A DNA stretch of 64,000 nt from an uncultured Nitrososphaerota archaeon. Its GTDB lineage: Archaea > Thermoproteota > Nitrososphaeria > Nitrososphaerales > CADDZS01. Shown piece by piece: positions 21,275-32,110 of this stretch; position 1 is the first letter of the stretch; each line of letters begins with the position of its first letter. A program made the translations under genes and the position numbers. The stretch is taken from contig CAWCYI010000004.1 in the NCBI GenBank assembly GCA_963799845.1, positions 1,888,001 through 1,952,000 of the forward strand. Direction: 5' to 3'. The notes beneath the pieces are model-generated. The model did no database searches. It was not told the origin of the DNA and was given only the letters and a program-made list of their open reading frames with translations.

Positions 21275-21326
21275 TCGATGCACGGATTATCGAGCAGGAT
21301 TTTCCCATTTCAGTAAGGAAGTAAGA

Positions 21327-21539
21327 TTACTTGCTGATCATTACTTCAGTAGCTTTTACAACAGCTTGAACTTCGTCGCCAACCTTCAAGTTCATCTCTT
21401 CGATGGAATCTGCCGTAATCACTGATGTTACCTTTGCGGGAAGCATAAGCTCGATTTCAACTGAACCCACAATTGAGCCCTTCTTGATCTTAGTTATCTT
21501 GCCTTTGATCTGATTTCTTGCGCTGAGTTTGGATGTCAT
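21327..21539 (-). CDS. mop: Mop/TOBE molybdate-binding protein
   Basis: SARNQIKG...SVITADS...VVKATEV molbindin signature. Confidence 0.92.
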   Translation of the reverse strand: MTSKLSARNQIKGKITKIKKGSIVGSVEIELMLPAKVTSVITADSIEEMNLKVGDEVQAVVKATEVMISK

Positions 21540-21716
21540 TATAGATTATGCACTTTAATAATTAGGCCGGGTTTGATTAATGTATCTTATTATGTGGCAC
21601 CTAGTCTTTGCGAATAATTCAAGACTTTGAAACTTGTAGAACGGTAGATCAAATAAATGAAGCAAACGAATAACCCTAAATTCAAGTAACATGACCATAG
21701 GAAGCTGAATCATTGC

Positions 21717-22181
21717 ATGGAGCGGAGAATAATTCAGAAACAAGAAGCGACCGAGCAAAGATTCTCAATACCGAAATCCTTCGGATTCTTGACAGAGAAG
21801 CAGTACCGCGTTCTGGCTTTGAGATCGAAAGGGTATACTCAACTAGAAATTGCCAACGAGCTGCATACATCAAGAGCAAATGTCTCCATGCTCGAAGGGA
21901 GAGCAAAAAAGCAAGTCGAGAAAGCAAAGGAAACTCTGAGAGTGTTCGATCTATCTCAAACTCAACACATAGTCGCGATCGAACCTGGCACGCGATTGCA
22001 GAAGGTCCCGATGATCGTCTTACTCGAAGCTGACAAATTTCAAACCCACCTGCAAAGTAACATGGTCGAGATCCTGAAAATGGTCAAGAAGCAAAAACCG
22101 GATTCATGGTCACCGGATGGAAAAACGATTGAAGAGATAGTTTTCAACTTTAATGAAAGGGGAAAACTTTCTCTAAAGTAA
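21717..22181 (+). CDS. tfx: Tfx-family DNA-binding protein, intact
   Basis: FLTEKQYRVLALRSKGYTQLEIANELHTSRANVSMLE plus the Tfx C-terminal domain. Confidence 0.88.
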   Translation: MERRIIQKQEATEQRFSIPKSFGFLTEKQYRVLALRSKGYTQLEIANELHTSRANVSMLEGRAKKQVEKAKETLRVFDLSQTQHIVAIEPGTRLQKVPMIVLLEADKFQTHLQSNMVEILKMVKKQKPDSWSPDGKTIEEIVFNFNERGKLSLK

Positions 22182-22183
22182 GT

Positions 22184-22981
22184 CTACTCTCTTACCTTTG
22201 ACCAACCGACTGCGAGGTTAATTCCTCCAATTGTGAGTCCTCCGTCCATAACTATGCAAGCACCAGTGAGGAATGGACTTTTCATTGAAAGGAGATGACC
22301 GATCAATTCTGCAATTTCATCGGGTGCGCCCATTCTTCCGACAGGTGTGATTTTGGGGATCGCAGACATTGCTTCCTGGGGCTGAATAACCGATGACACA
22401 AAGCCGGGGAGAATCGCATTTACCTTCACGTACGGCGCGAGGCTTACTGCACAAGACTTTGTCAGTCCTATCATGCCCGCCTTCGCGGAGCAGTACGCCG
22501 GCCCGCAGTCGCCAGTAATTCCACAAACTGAGGAGATGTTAATTACGTGGCCGCTCTTCCTAGCGAGCATACGGGGCGTCAGATACCGCGTGCAGAGGAA
22601 TGCCCCGGTAAGATTAGCACCAATAACAAGATTCCAATCGCCTAAATTTGCGTTCTCAACCGATGGATCGTCTTTCGCACCGCCGTCACCGCCTGCATTG
22701 TTTACCAGAAAGTCAACGTCGCCTAATTCTGCAAAGGCTGTTTCTGCTATATCTTTCACCTGGCCTTCCTTTGACACATCGCAGGGAAGCAAGACTACTT
22801 TCCGACCTAGGGTCTCGATTTCGCCCTTTGTTTTGTTTGCAGCTTCTTGGCTTCGCCAATAATTCAATCCAATGTCCGCCCCGAGTTTTGCTAGCTCGAG
22901 GGCAATCGAGCGGCCTATACCTCGACCAGCTCCGGTAACGAGAACAGATTTGTCGTTTAGAGGAAAATATTGTTCGGGCAA
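22184..22981 (-). CDS. SDR-family (FabG-like) oxidoreductase
   Basis: TGAGRGIG, NNAG and YCSAK catalytic motifs. Confidence 0.9.
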   Translation of the reverse strand: MPEQYFPLNDKSVLVTGAGRGIGRSIALELAKLGADIGLNYWRSQEAANKTKGEIETLGRKVVLLPCDVSKEGQVKDIAETAFAELGDVDFLVNNAGGDGGAKDDPSVENANLGDWNLVIGANLTGAFLCTRYLTPRMLARKSGHVINISSVCGITGDCGPAYCSAKAGMIGLTKSCAVSLAPYVKVNAILPGFVSSVIQPQEAMSAIPKITPVGRMGAPDEIAELIGHLLSMKSPFLTGACIVMDGGLTIGGINLAVGWSKVRE

Positions 22982-23122
22982 TTTTAGAATCTAGATGTAC
23001 GAGAAATGCCTCAATTAAAAGTACTTATCGCGACCGAGAATCCAGTAGATTATGGCTTTATTCAGGATAGAAAAAGAGATTAAGATCCCGAGAGAAACGA
23101 AAACACATCTAAGTGGTGGAAA

Positions 23123-23461
23123 ATGAACTCCGACCAGTCATGGAAAATCATAGATTCGAACCTTCCGAAACTCGTTAGTCTTATGATAACTGTCCAGAAA
23201 GGGAGCTCGGTAGATGTCTTCTGCGATCAATCGGGAAAGAATCTTTCTTTCTCAAAGCCATCGACCGATGCGAATATCAGGCTCTGCTCTGTAAGCGCTC
23301 CAGATCTCGTTGGCAGTTACGGCGTACATCAAGAGGGAAATTCTTTCGTCGATGACGATGGCGGAAAAATTCCAAATGATCAACTGGCAGCATATCTTAC
23401 GGAGTACATTACCAAAATGAAGAACGAAGGCAATGAATGGGGCTGGGAATTCAAGGTTTGA
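23123..23461 (+). CDS. Hypothetical protein (112 aa)
   Basis: ATG about 35-40 nt after a TATA-like ATTAAG; globular composition. Confidence 0.6.
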   Translation: MNSDQSWKIIDSNLPKLVSLMITVQKGSSVDVFCDQSGKNLSFSKPSTDANIRLCSVSAPDLVGSYGVHQEGNSFVDDDGGKIPNDQLAAYLTEYITKMKNEGNEWGWEFKV

Positions 23462-23595
23462 TGATTAATTTATCGCGGATCCTTGACCTCATCACACATT
23501 GAGAACCACTGTAAACTTGTTGCAGTTTCAAAATACATGTTGCCGCTTAAGCCAATCGTATTTTAAACCCAAGCGATAGCCTTGAGCCGTCGCCC

Positions 23596-25113
23596 TTGCC
23601 CGACAGTGCACCAATTCCTCCCAACGGCGACCGGGCGAGAAATATAGTTCAGGGAATGGGATCGCTTGCTCTTCAAAACGTCGCAACCAGCGGCCTTGGA
23701 TTTGTTTTTCTCGTTGCGATTATCCGATTGCTTCCGGGGTTGGTCCAATATGGAATTTACAGCGCCGTTCTTGTAACCGTAGGCATAGCATCTACGGTTG
23801 CCGGCTTTGGACTGAGCCTAGCGGCGACCAGATTTGTCGCGTTACTCTGGAATGACAGCGAACAAACCTCCTGGGTTGTTGCCCGCAAGACTGTTTTACT
23901 TTCCCTAGTTCTTACGAGCGTTACAACCGCATTTTATCTAGCAATTTCTCCCCTGCTTTCAATTTATTTTACGAAATCGACCAGCTGGACCTGGGCTTTC
24001 CTGCTGGGTGGAGCTTGGATATTCTCCGTTTCAATATCCAATACCTTTCAGGGAATTTTGCAGGGATTGAAAAAGTATGTTCAACTCGCGAAGATTATTT
24101 TTGTGACCCGGCTGGTCATGGTTGTGGCTTCAACTGCAATCCTTTACTTCGATCGAACCATCGCGGTACCTCTTCTCGCGTGGGTACTGTTCTACTCTCT
24201 GATCATTCTTTGGATCTTTACGATTGTCGGGAGGAAGCTCACGACTGCAACCGGGTCATTCAGTTATTCAACAATCTTACGTTACGCTATGCCGTTAGGC
24301 GTCGCTGGAATCATAGCGGTTTTCGCCACCTCGTCAGATAGCGTAATTGTCGGCGGATATCTCAACCCATCCTCCCTTGGAATATACCAAGCGGCAATCA
24401 GCATATCGGGAGTCCTTGGCGTCGTTGCCCTAACTCCTTTGACCACGGCCCTTTTGCCGGAGATTTCGAGCTCACAAAGCCACGGAGATGTTTCTTACGG
24501 TATCAGGCTTGCGTTCAGATTTGCTACGCTCGCGGTCCTGCCAGTCTCCCTATTTGTAGCGAGCGTTCCATCACAACTGCTGGGGCTATTCACAACTGGT
24601 GGAGGGTACCTCGCGGGATCGCTGACCCTTGAACTCATAGCGATATTCTACGTGTTCATCGCGATCCAAATGATACTTCTCGTACTGCTCCAGGCAGTCG
24701 GGAGGACCTTGCAGGTCATCGTTGTCGGCGTGGTCACCGCCGCTACAGACATCGGGGTCGCGATAATATTGGTGCCGCACTTCGGTCTGGCCGGCGCGGT
24801 TACAAGCAAGGTAGCTGTGTCCCTTGACGGTACATTCGTATCGATCTATTTGACCAGAATTTACCTAAAAAATCTGGACAAGTCTTCCTTTTACGTGAAG
24901 GGCACGGTCGCAGCTTTGATACCTTTCGTTATCATACTCGCGCTTTCATTCTTCCTTTCTTCAAGGATCATCACATTGATACCGTACGCCCTTTTGTACG
25001 CGCTGTTATTTCTGGTCTGCGTCAGGTGGCTTCGACTGATCTCGCCCGAAGATCGCACGTTCCTGCGGCACACGCTCCCAGGCTCGTTGCAGAAGGTCGC
25101 AGACTATATCTGA
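23596..25113 (+). CDS. Wzx/PST-type oligosaccharide flippase (MOP superfamily)
   Basis: About 14 TM helices with YGIYS, DSVIVGGYL...LGIYQAA and PHFGLAGA motifs. Confidence 0.85.
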   Translation: MPDSAPIPPNGDRARNIVQGMGSLALQNVATSGLGFVFLVAIIRLLPGLVQYGIYSAVLVTVGIASTVAGFGLSLAATRFVALLWNDSEQTSWVVARKTVLLSLVLTSVTTAFYLAISPLLSIYFTKSTSWTWAFLLGGAWIFSVSISNTFQGILQGLKKYVQLAKIIFVTRLVMVVASTAILYFDRTIAVPLLAWVLFYSLIILWIFTIVGRKLTTATGSFSYSTILRYAMPLGVAGIIAVFATSSDSVIVGGYLNPSSLGIYQAAISISGVLGVVALTPLTTALLPEISSSQSHGDVSYGIRLAFRFATLAVLPVSLFVASVPSQLLGLFTTGGGYLAGSLTLELIAIFYVFIAIQMILLVLLQAVGRTLQVIVVGVVTAATDIGVAIILVPHFGLAGAVTSKVAVSLDGTFVSIYLTRIYLKNLDKSSFYVKGTVAALIPFVIILALSFFLSSRIITLIPYALLYALLFLVCVRWLRLISPEDRTFLRHTLPGSLQKVADYI

Positions 25114-25193
25114 TCAAGAAAATAAATCTCCTGAGGGGATTCTAAGGTAACGGGCGTGAATTTACGTGGTTTCATGATGCATGAAAGTTGTAA

Positions 25194-25646
25194 CTAGCCC
25201 GAAATGTATGTGCAGACGGTGCTGTTCCAGATGGCTAGTGCGCCAGTCAGAGTGCCGTTGTAATTCGCTGTGGTGGTTGTTACAGATCCTACCGCCTGCG
25301 TTATCGAAGTTGTGGTCTGGTATGTTTGGACATCATAGCTCTGTGTTGAGGTCCCGTAGGAGGTAGTAGTGTTTCCTATTGACGCGATCATCCAGACATG
25401 GTATTCCGTAAGGATGCAACGCATGCTCAACCCCTGAGGGAAAGCGGTTGTATTGGTGCCTTGGGGGAGAGTCGTCGTTAAGGTGTAAGTGCTGATTGCA
25501 GTCTCGGTCGTAGTATTACTTTCGGTGTAAGTACTCATTATGGTCTCGGTTATGGTGCTAGTGGCAGGAGTATGCCCGAAGTAGCCAATCCCAGCACCTA
25601 CGACCAGGGCTGTTACTATCAGGATTGAGGCGATTTGCCGCTTCAT
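25194..25646 (-). CDS. Secreted Thr-rich small protein
   Basis: Signal/TM segment, Thr-rich region and two Cys. Confidence 0.7.
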   Translation of the reverse strand: MKRQIASILIVTALVVGAGIGYFGHTPATSTITETIMSTYTESNTTTETAISTYTLTTTLPQGTNTTAFPQGLSMRCILTEYHVWMIASIGNTTTSYGTSTQSYDVQTYQTTTSITQAVGSVTTTTANYNGTLTGALAIWNSTVCTYISG

Positions 25647-25811
25647 TAGTGTCCTAGACCGCTGACTATCCTTTAAGATTCTTCCTTATTTTCAAAATTA
25701 GCCTCGCAGGATTTCAACCTTGGAGCAGTGAGCCGTTCCTCCCGTCATAAAAAGTCAAGCGGAGCGGCGGGACCCATTTCACCAGGATGCAGGGATGTTC
25801 GAGACTTTCAA

Positions 25812-27011
25812 TCAGTTAGATTGTGATCGTTGAGGAGATTCCTGCCAAGGTGCCAATGATTCCAGTGCTAACTGAAAGTCCTCGATGATATCTTCCGGCG
25901 ACTCGATTCCCACGGACAGACGAATTAAGCCGTCGGTGATCCCGAGTCTGTGCCTGTCTTCGGAAGACATTCCGGAATGAGCCGTTGTTGCCGGAGTCGT
26001 TATCAGGGTCTCCACCCCTCCCAGGCTTGGGGCTGCTATCGGAATTGTAACACTCTTTATGAAACGGATTGCTGCGTCTGTCCCTCCCCTGAGCTCAAAA
26101 CTTATCATTCCGCTGTAGCCGTCAAAGAGTTCGCTGGCACGCTTATGCTGCGGATGGCTGTCCAGTCCGGGGTAGTTCACCTTCTCGACTGCCTTGCTAC
26201 TTTCGAGGAACCTGGCTATCTTTAGAGCACTCTCGTTGTGCTGCCGCATCCTCAACGCAAGTGTCTTCATCCCTCGGTGAAGCAAGAAACATGCGTGGGG
26301 ATCAAGACTGCCGCCAAGATGATTTAGGCGGTGCTTGACTTTTCCAATCAAATCCGATTTCCCAATCACCGCGCCGGCTACGATATCCGAATGTCCGTTC
26401 AGGTATTTGGTGCAGCTGTGAAGCGAGAGGTCGTAACCGAATTCGGGAGGACGAAAATTGATCGGGCTCGCGAATGTGTTGTCAATTATGGAGACAATCC
26501 CGTGAGATTTGGCGAATTCGACCACTGCCCTGTGATCTGCCACCTCGAGTAAGGGGTTTGTCATCGACTCGACATAAATTGCCTTGGTGTTTGGCCGGAT
26601 TTTTTCTCCCACGATTCTGGATCGTTGCCATCGATGAAATCGTACGAGATTCCGAATCCCTCAAGATCTTTCGTCACAAAATCATGAGTTCCGCCGTAGA
26701 GGCAATCCTGTGCCAGCAGATGGTCTCCCTTGGTAAGCATCGACAGGAGAGTCGTGGAAACCGCTGCCATCCCGCTTGCAGTAACAAGGGCACCCTCCGC
26801 ACCCTCAAGCGCGGCGAGCTTCTCGTGGAGAGCCAGATGATTTGGGGTGTTGTTCAACCGGATGTATCTCAGATCATCGTCAGCTCTTTGCTCCCATCGT
26901 TTCGAACATTGCCGTTTGAAATATCGGCATGGCGACTGCTCCTAGAATTCTGGGGGAGGGTTCGCCCCAGTGAATTAACTTGGTCTCAATATGTTTGTAA
27001 CTTTTCTCCAA
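25812..27011 (-). CDS. Cystathionine gamma-synthase/methionine gamma-lyase family PLP enzyme with two frameshifts (~26881 and ~26603)
   Basis: YIRLNNTP, ASGMAA, DNTFASP, SCTKYLNGHSD (PLP lysine), SLGGVETL and IRLSVGIE motifs spread over three frames. Confidence 0.85.
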
Positions 27012-27123
27012 ACTGGTATCGCGTTGGTCATTCTGAACCTCTGTGCTCTATTATGCGTTCCCTCCTTTTCTAGAACCTCCATGAAGATCGTGACAGTACT
27101 CTCGGACCGGGTTATCGCATCTC

Positions 27124-27492
27124 TTGGCTTTCACCTTTAGATTGTCAATATTCTTTTTACCTTCACACATTGCAGTAAAGTCAAAGATTCCCACCTACAT
27201 TGTATTCACGCGGCTGCGTACTCGTAACCCAGAAGAACTCGATCTCTACAGGAAGCAAGCGCCCGTTTTCTTGGCCGGTCACTCTATCAAGTGGCTCGCA
27301 AACTTCGGTCAGTGCGAGGTACTCGAAGGCCCTGGAGTTGAAGGGGTCGGAATCCTCGAGTTTCCGACACGCGTCGAAGCGAAGGCATGGTACGGTAGCC
27401 CCGCCTACCAAGAGCCAATCCAACATCGATTTAGGGGCGGTGATTATAGCGCAGTAATCGTAGAAGGCATAAATCCTGCTCCCACAATGTAA
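27124..27492 (+). CDS. DUF1330 family protein
   Basis: EVLEG...ILEFPT...AKAWYGSPAYQ motif. The family-like N-terminus begins at ATT 27187. Confidence 0.8.
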   Translation: MAFTFRLSIFFLPSHIAVKSKIPTYIVFTRLRTRNPEELDLYRKQAPVFLAGHSIKWLANFGQCEVLEGPGVEGVGILEFPTRVEAKAWYGSPAYQEPIQHRFRGGDYSAVIVEGINPAPTM

Positions 27493-27495
27493 GAG

Positions 27496-27948
27496 ATGCG
27501 AAGACTCATGAGCACCACAAAAACGGCAAGACTAACCCCTCAACCTCAGGGGCAGCAGTCCGAAGAAGTAATGCACATTTCATCGTTTGCAATAGCAAAG
27601 AAGGGGAATGAGTTGCTCCTGGTAAAGAGGAGTCGACCAGAGTTCACCGCTGGCAAGTGGGTATTTCCCTCTTCCATCATCAACTTCGGAGAACACCCCG
27701 AGTCCGCGGTAAAACGTATAGTCAAAGAGCAGCTCGGAGCGGAGCCAAAAAATGTGAAGTTGCTTGATATTCAGTCTTACGGGGACAAGCACTGGGACCT
27801 GTGCTTTGTCTACGAGGTTTCCATCGACAGCGTTGGAAAAGTTTCACAGGACATCGAGAAAGCGGAGTACTTCGACCGGGGGAAATTGCCATCGGAATTT
27901 CGTTCCGACCATGCAGAAGTTCTCCAGAGCCTGGGCTCCAAAGTTTAG
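27496..27948 (+). CDS. NUDIX-fold hydrolase with a degenerate Nudix box
   Basis: LLVKR...GKWVFPSSIINFGEHPESAVKRIVKEQLG. Confidence 0.8.
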   Translation: MRRLMSTTKTARLTPQPQGQQSEEVMHISSFAIAKKGNELLLVKRSRPEFTAGKWVFPSSIINFGEHPESAVKRIVKEQLGAEPKNVKLLDIQSYGDKHWDLCFVYEVSIDSVGKVSQDIEKAEYFDRGKLPSEFRSDHAEVLQSLGSKV

Positions 27949-28037
27949 TACCGCTGCCCTACAAGTCCCGACAAAAATTCCTGACGGGATCAACCCCGTT
28001 TGAAAACTGACTATTGACGTAGATGCTGGGGAACAGA

Positions 28038-28703
28038 TCAGCCGCTTGATGGGACATAGGACTCCATAACTGAATCTAGGAGAGCATTTTGAGCCTCAAC
28101 CGATTTGATAGCAGCCTTCAACATATCTCGGCCCGTAATCTCCTCAAATTCGGCTAGGAAGCTCCTCCACGTGGCGGCATGCCTGACATCTGCTTCAATA
28201 TGGGTTTCGAAATAGATAGTCGCATCGGTGGATGTCAATCCATAGAACTTTACCAGTCCATCCAATTTCGAGCGACTAATTTTTGGAAGTTCCCATTCGT
28301 AAGCATACATTGCAGATACAGCTTCTTCAAACGATGAATTTTTCATGATGCTGATAAGCATGGAAACTGCTCTGTTTGTCTTTTCAGATCCGGCGTAGCT
28401 TATGAGCTCCGATCTTGAGACACCAAGCGCGGAGGCAAACTTGACCCAAAGCTCGACATGTTCCCTCTCTTCCTTCTCATGTTGAGCCAAGATATTTTTT
28501 GTACTGGCATTGCCGGTCTTCAAGCCGATCTCACTGACCAAATCTGGAACGACCTTGACAAGTTGGAAATACTCTTTTGCATATCCACATAATTGGTCGA
28601 GTGTCAATTCACCTTGAGTCCACAACTTGTAGAAAGGGTGATTGAGAAGACTATTCCGAGTGATTTCCGATTCGACTTGCTCTGTGATGGACAACAGCAT
28701 CAT
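28038..28703 (-). CDS. CADD/PqqC-like heme-oxygenase-fold dimetal oxidase, putative pABA synthase
   Basis: LLNHPFY, EExxH, YE, SKLDGL and YFETHIEADVRH metal-ligand motifs. Confidence 0.8.
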   Translation of the reverse strand: MMLLSITEQVESEITRNSLLNHPFYKLWTQGELTLDQLCGYAKEYFQLVKVVPDLVSEIGLKTGNASTKNILAQHEKEEREHVELWVKFASALGVSRSELISYAGSEKTNRAVSMLISIMKNSSFEEAVSAMYAYEWELPKISRSKLDGLVKFYGLTSTDATIYFETHIEADVRHAATWRSFLAEFEEITGRDMLKAAIKSVEAQNALLDSVMESYVPSSG

Positions 28704-28832
28704 TCCTTTTTGGATTTGCAAAACGGAGTGATTAAAAAAGTGTTTTGATAGGGAGCTTCCGGTCTTAGTCCCTCGCACTCACTCCCTCGATTATTCGGGA
28801 TGAACGAAAATTGTGACTGCGAAATTAGTCGG

Positions 28833-30789
28833 TCATGAGGAAAACACGTTTTTAGAGAGGCCCATCTTCTCGTCAATCTTGCGCCAAAGAGGATCTTTTC
28901 TGTATTCTTTGAAATATGGTAGACTGCCGAACATCAGGATTGAACTATCTCTTTCTGCGATTCCTTTTTCGATCCACCCGAATCCTTCCTCCTTGTTTCC
29001 CATCGCAAGCTCGACCAGACCAATTTGGACTGGTTTGACATATTCGTCGCGGGTTAGGGCTTTGACGTGATCAAGAATCTTCAATGCCCCGATCTTGTTC
29101 CCTGCTAGGGCGTACACATATGCAAGTTGCAATCTCGATGTGGGAGAATCGTCCAAGTCCGCGGACCTCTTTGCATCCTCGATCGCTGTATCAAACTCAG
29201 ACAGCAACGCATGAAGATTGGATTTCCAAAAGTACGCGGGTGAAAAATCTGGATTAAGCTCGATCAATTTATTGTATTCTCGCAATGATTCATCAGTCCT
29301 TCCAAGCATCGTTAGAATGTTTGCCATCATCATGTTGAAGACTCGTGAATAGGGATCTAGGTCGAGTGCCTGCCTCTCGGCTAGAAATGCTTCCTCGTGC
29401 CTCCTCAGGTAAACAAGCAATATTGAATACCAGTGGAAGGCGTTAGCGTAACTCGGCCTGAGTTCGATTGCACGCTTTAATTCATTTTCCGCGGAGGTGA
29501 ATTCCCAAAACATCTCCATCAGAGTGAAGCCAAGAGAAGCGTGAGCTTCAGCAAGAGTTTCGTCAATTCCCAGTGCTCTCGTAGAAAACTGCCGCGCAAG
29601 AGGCCCCGCCCGGTCGGGTTTCATCCAACCATAGTTCACTGAAGCCGCGTAACAATCGGCGATCCCCGAGTACCCGCTTGCAAAATTAGAATCGACCTTC
29701 ACTGCGTGTTCGAAATACTTCATTGCCTTGTTCACGCTCTCCTTAGTTCTCTCGTTCCAGTAAAATCGACCCTTCAGATAGAGCGTATAGGCTTCTGGGA
29801 CCGCGGCTAGTTTTTTGTTCAAGGTCGTTGCCTCTTGTGATTGCAGCTGGACCTTGAGCGCCTCAGCGACTGTCTTTGCGATGTCACTCTGGATAATGAA
29901 AACGTCTTCCAATTCCCTATCGTCAGCTTTCAGCCCAGACGTGATCACTTGACGCAGAGTCTATGAGCTGGACAGTGATTCGAAGTTTATCTCCGGCTTT
30001 TCTTACGCTGCCTTCAAGGACGCTACCCACTTCAAGCTCTTTCGCAATTTCAGCGATCTTCTTTTGCCCTCCCTTGTAACCCATCACCGACGTTCTGGCG
30101 ATCACCTTGAGACCGCCTATTCTTGACATCGTTGAGATCAATTCCTCGGTCATGCCGTCAGCGAAATACTCATTTTCAGGATCGGGACTTATGTTCGCAA
30201 AAGGGAGGACAGCGATCCGCCGTTTGTCGAAGACTTTCGTCGCTGTCTCGGAATATCCCGTGGTGGTCCATGGCATTATCATTTTGAAAATTTCAATTGG
30301 CACATTGACGTTCTTCAGTTGTTGTAGCCCGAGACTCTCCAGCCGAAGTTCGAATTTGTTGTTAACCTGATCGTAGACCTGACGAGTTAGACACACGCCA
30401 CCATCGTCGGCGAGGGATTCGATCCTCGATGCCACGTTGACGGCATCTCCTGATATGTCTCCCTGATATTCCACGACATCGCCTAAATGGATACCAACCC
30501 GGAGGTGGACTCGATTCTCTTGACGCAAGGAAATATTGAACTCCCTGACCGCGCGCTGAATATCGTAAGCGCACCTGACCCCGTCCAGGCCGCTTGGAAA
30601 CTCCACAAGGAACGCGTCCCCAATGGTTTTGACCTCTCTGCCGTTATGCCTCGTAAGTATCGGTCTGATTAGTTTCCTTTGTTCTTCTAAAAGCGCAAGA
30701 GAGAGCGATTCATTTCTTTGCCCGAGGACTGTATAGCCTGTCATGTCTGTAAACATGATTGCGGCGAGTTTACGCTCTCCTTGGGACAA
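28833..30789 (-). CDS. Class III adenylyl cyclase + TolB-like + TPR protein (second paralog); frameshift at ~29924
   Basis: RKLAAIMFTDM, KTIGDA and GDAVNVASR. Deleting one G restores WAESYDR as in the paralog. Confidence 0.88.
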
Positions 30790-30885
30790 GGGTTCCTATA
30801 ACAAGAATAACTAGGCGTACATAAATCAATTTTGTGAGCGCTAGAAAGGTGCTGGGCTCGGCGAGACTGCACGACTCGTCATCGC

Positions 30886-31176
30886 ATGCCAATTGGAGCA
30901 AATAGTGATAGATGGTACGAGTCTGAGATACTCGATTCTGAAATAGAAGATCTGTCTCTTCAACAATGTAGTAAAACAGCATCAAGACATCTACGAATTA
31001 GGATACTGGGAAGGAGCAGCCTCGGCAACCACTTGGAGAAACTTGAACTTGCTGGATACATTCGGACGAAGGTCATCAATTCATTCGCTGGGAAAAGGCA
31101 GGTGTTTGAGATAACAGATAAGGGGCTTGAAGAATCTCGGATTTTGCTCGATAGAATTCGGAGTCTTGATATCTAA
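30886..31176 (+). pseudogene. Winged-helix regulator fragment
   Basis: SSLGNHLEKLELAGYI...FEITDKG; the N-terminal part is not family-like. Confidence 0.55.
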
Positions 31177-31544
31177 TGGTTGTTTGCTAGTAGGTAACTG
31201 CTCACGGCCCTTCCTTATCGAGATTTAGAATTTCAATCCCTTTGGACTCCCAATCCTCTTAGGTTCGGATCGTTGCAATCCGACATGATTCTGTTCGAGG
31301 TAGCATTTTACTAGTAAATTTCGGATGCAGAATAATTCTATGCGCGAAATGTGGGACCCCCGCACGAATTTCGCAAGGGCAACGCTTCATAAATCTATCA
31401 TTAGAAATAACATCACGGGTTCAACCAATAGATTCCCCACTTGCCCGGTCTCGAGTCTCTCGCCTTTGGCCGGGTTTGTGGGAAGATTATGATCTAAAAA
31501 AGGACTGCGAAATCCAAAATTAAAGCGCACGTGTCGAAGCACCT

Positions 31545-31763
31545 CTACGCAATGAGATGAAGGGCCAGAAGCTGGGCGACAAAGTGACCGGCAGCCTCTT
31601 CCGAGTTACGACCACAGCTTTTGCATCTGACACGATTTTTAATAGAAATATCCTCATGATACATTTCAAAATTCCTAAGCCTTCGGCAATTTGCATTCGA
31701 GCAATAGAATTGAATTACTGTCTCATTCAACATGGAATCATTTCTCTCAAACTGGAAGTTCAT
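31545..31763 (-). CDS. Small Zn-ribbon protein
   Basis: CSNANC...CKSC. Confidence 0.6.
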   Translation of the reverse strand: MNFQFERNDSMLNETVIQFYCSNANCRRLRNFEMYHEDISIKNRVRCKSCGRNSEEAAGHFVAQLLALHLIA

Positions 31764-31912
31764 GAAGATTCGTGTTAAGGAAACAGCTCACGGATGAAGT
31801 GGATGGTTTGTTACTTCTTTTCATCCAGACTCGAACGGAAATCTGATGAGCTAGCGTCGCAGCGACAAATCGAAGGATCAGCAAACTATTATTAATTGAA
31901 CAGAGGTTTTTT

Positions 31913-32110
31913 TTGGACGTGGATGTACCCAAAGCGAAGCAGCGGATCAAGGTCATTGGCGGTACTATTTTCTGTTTTAGCTGTAAAGAGATGGCTGGGT
32001 TCTACTGCCTTTGTGGATCATTTCTCTGTGCTCTGCATCTGTCAGATCATAGTTGTTTAATTTCTGTCAGATCAACGTACAATAAGGAAATTCTTGATGG
32101 ACTTGCCTAG
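31913..32110 (+). CDS. Small AN1/B-box-like zinc-finger protein
   Basis: CFSC-x7-CLC-x4-C-x2-H-x3-H-x-C. Confidence 0.7.
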   Translation: MDVDVPKAKQRIKVIGGTIFCFSCKEMAGFYCLCGSFLCALHLSDHSCLISVRSTYNKEILDGLA

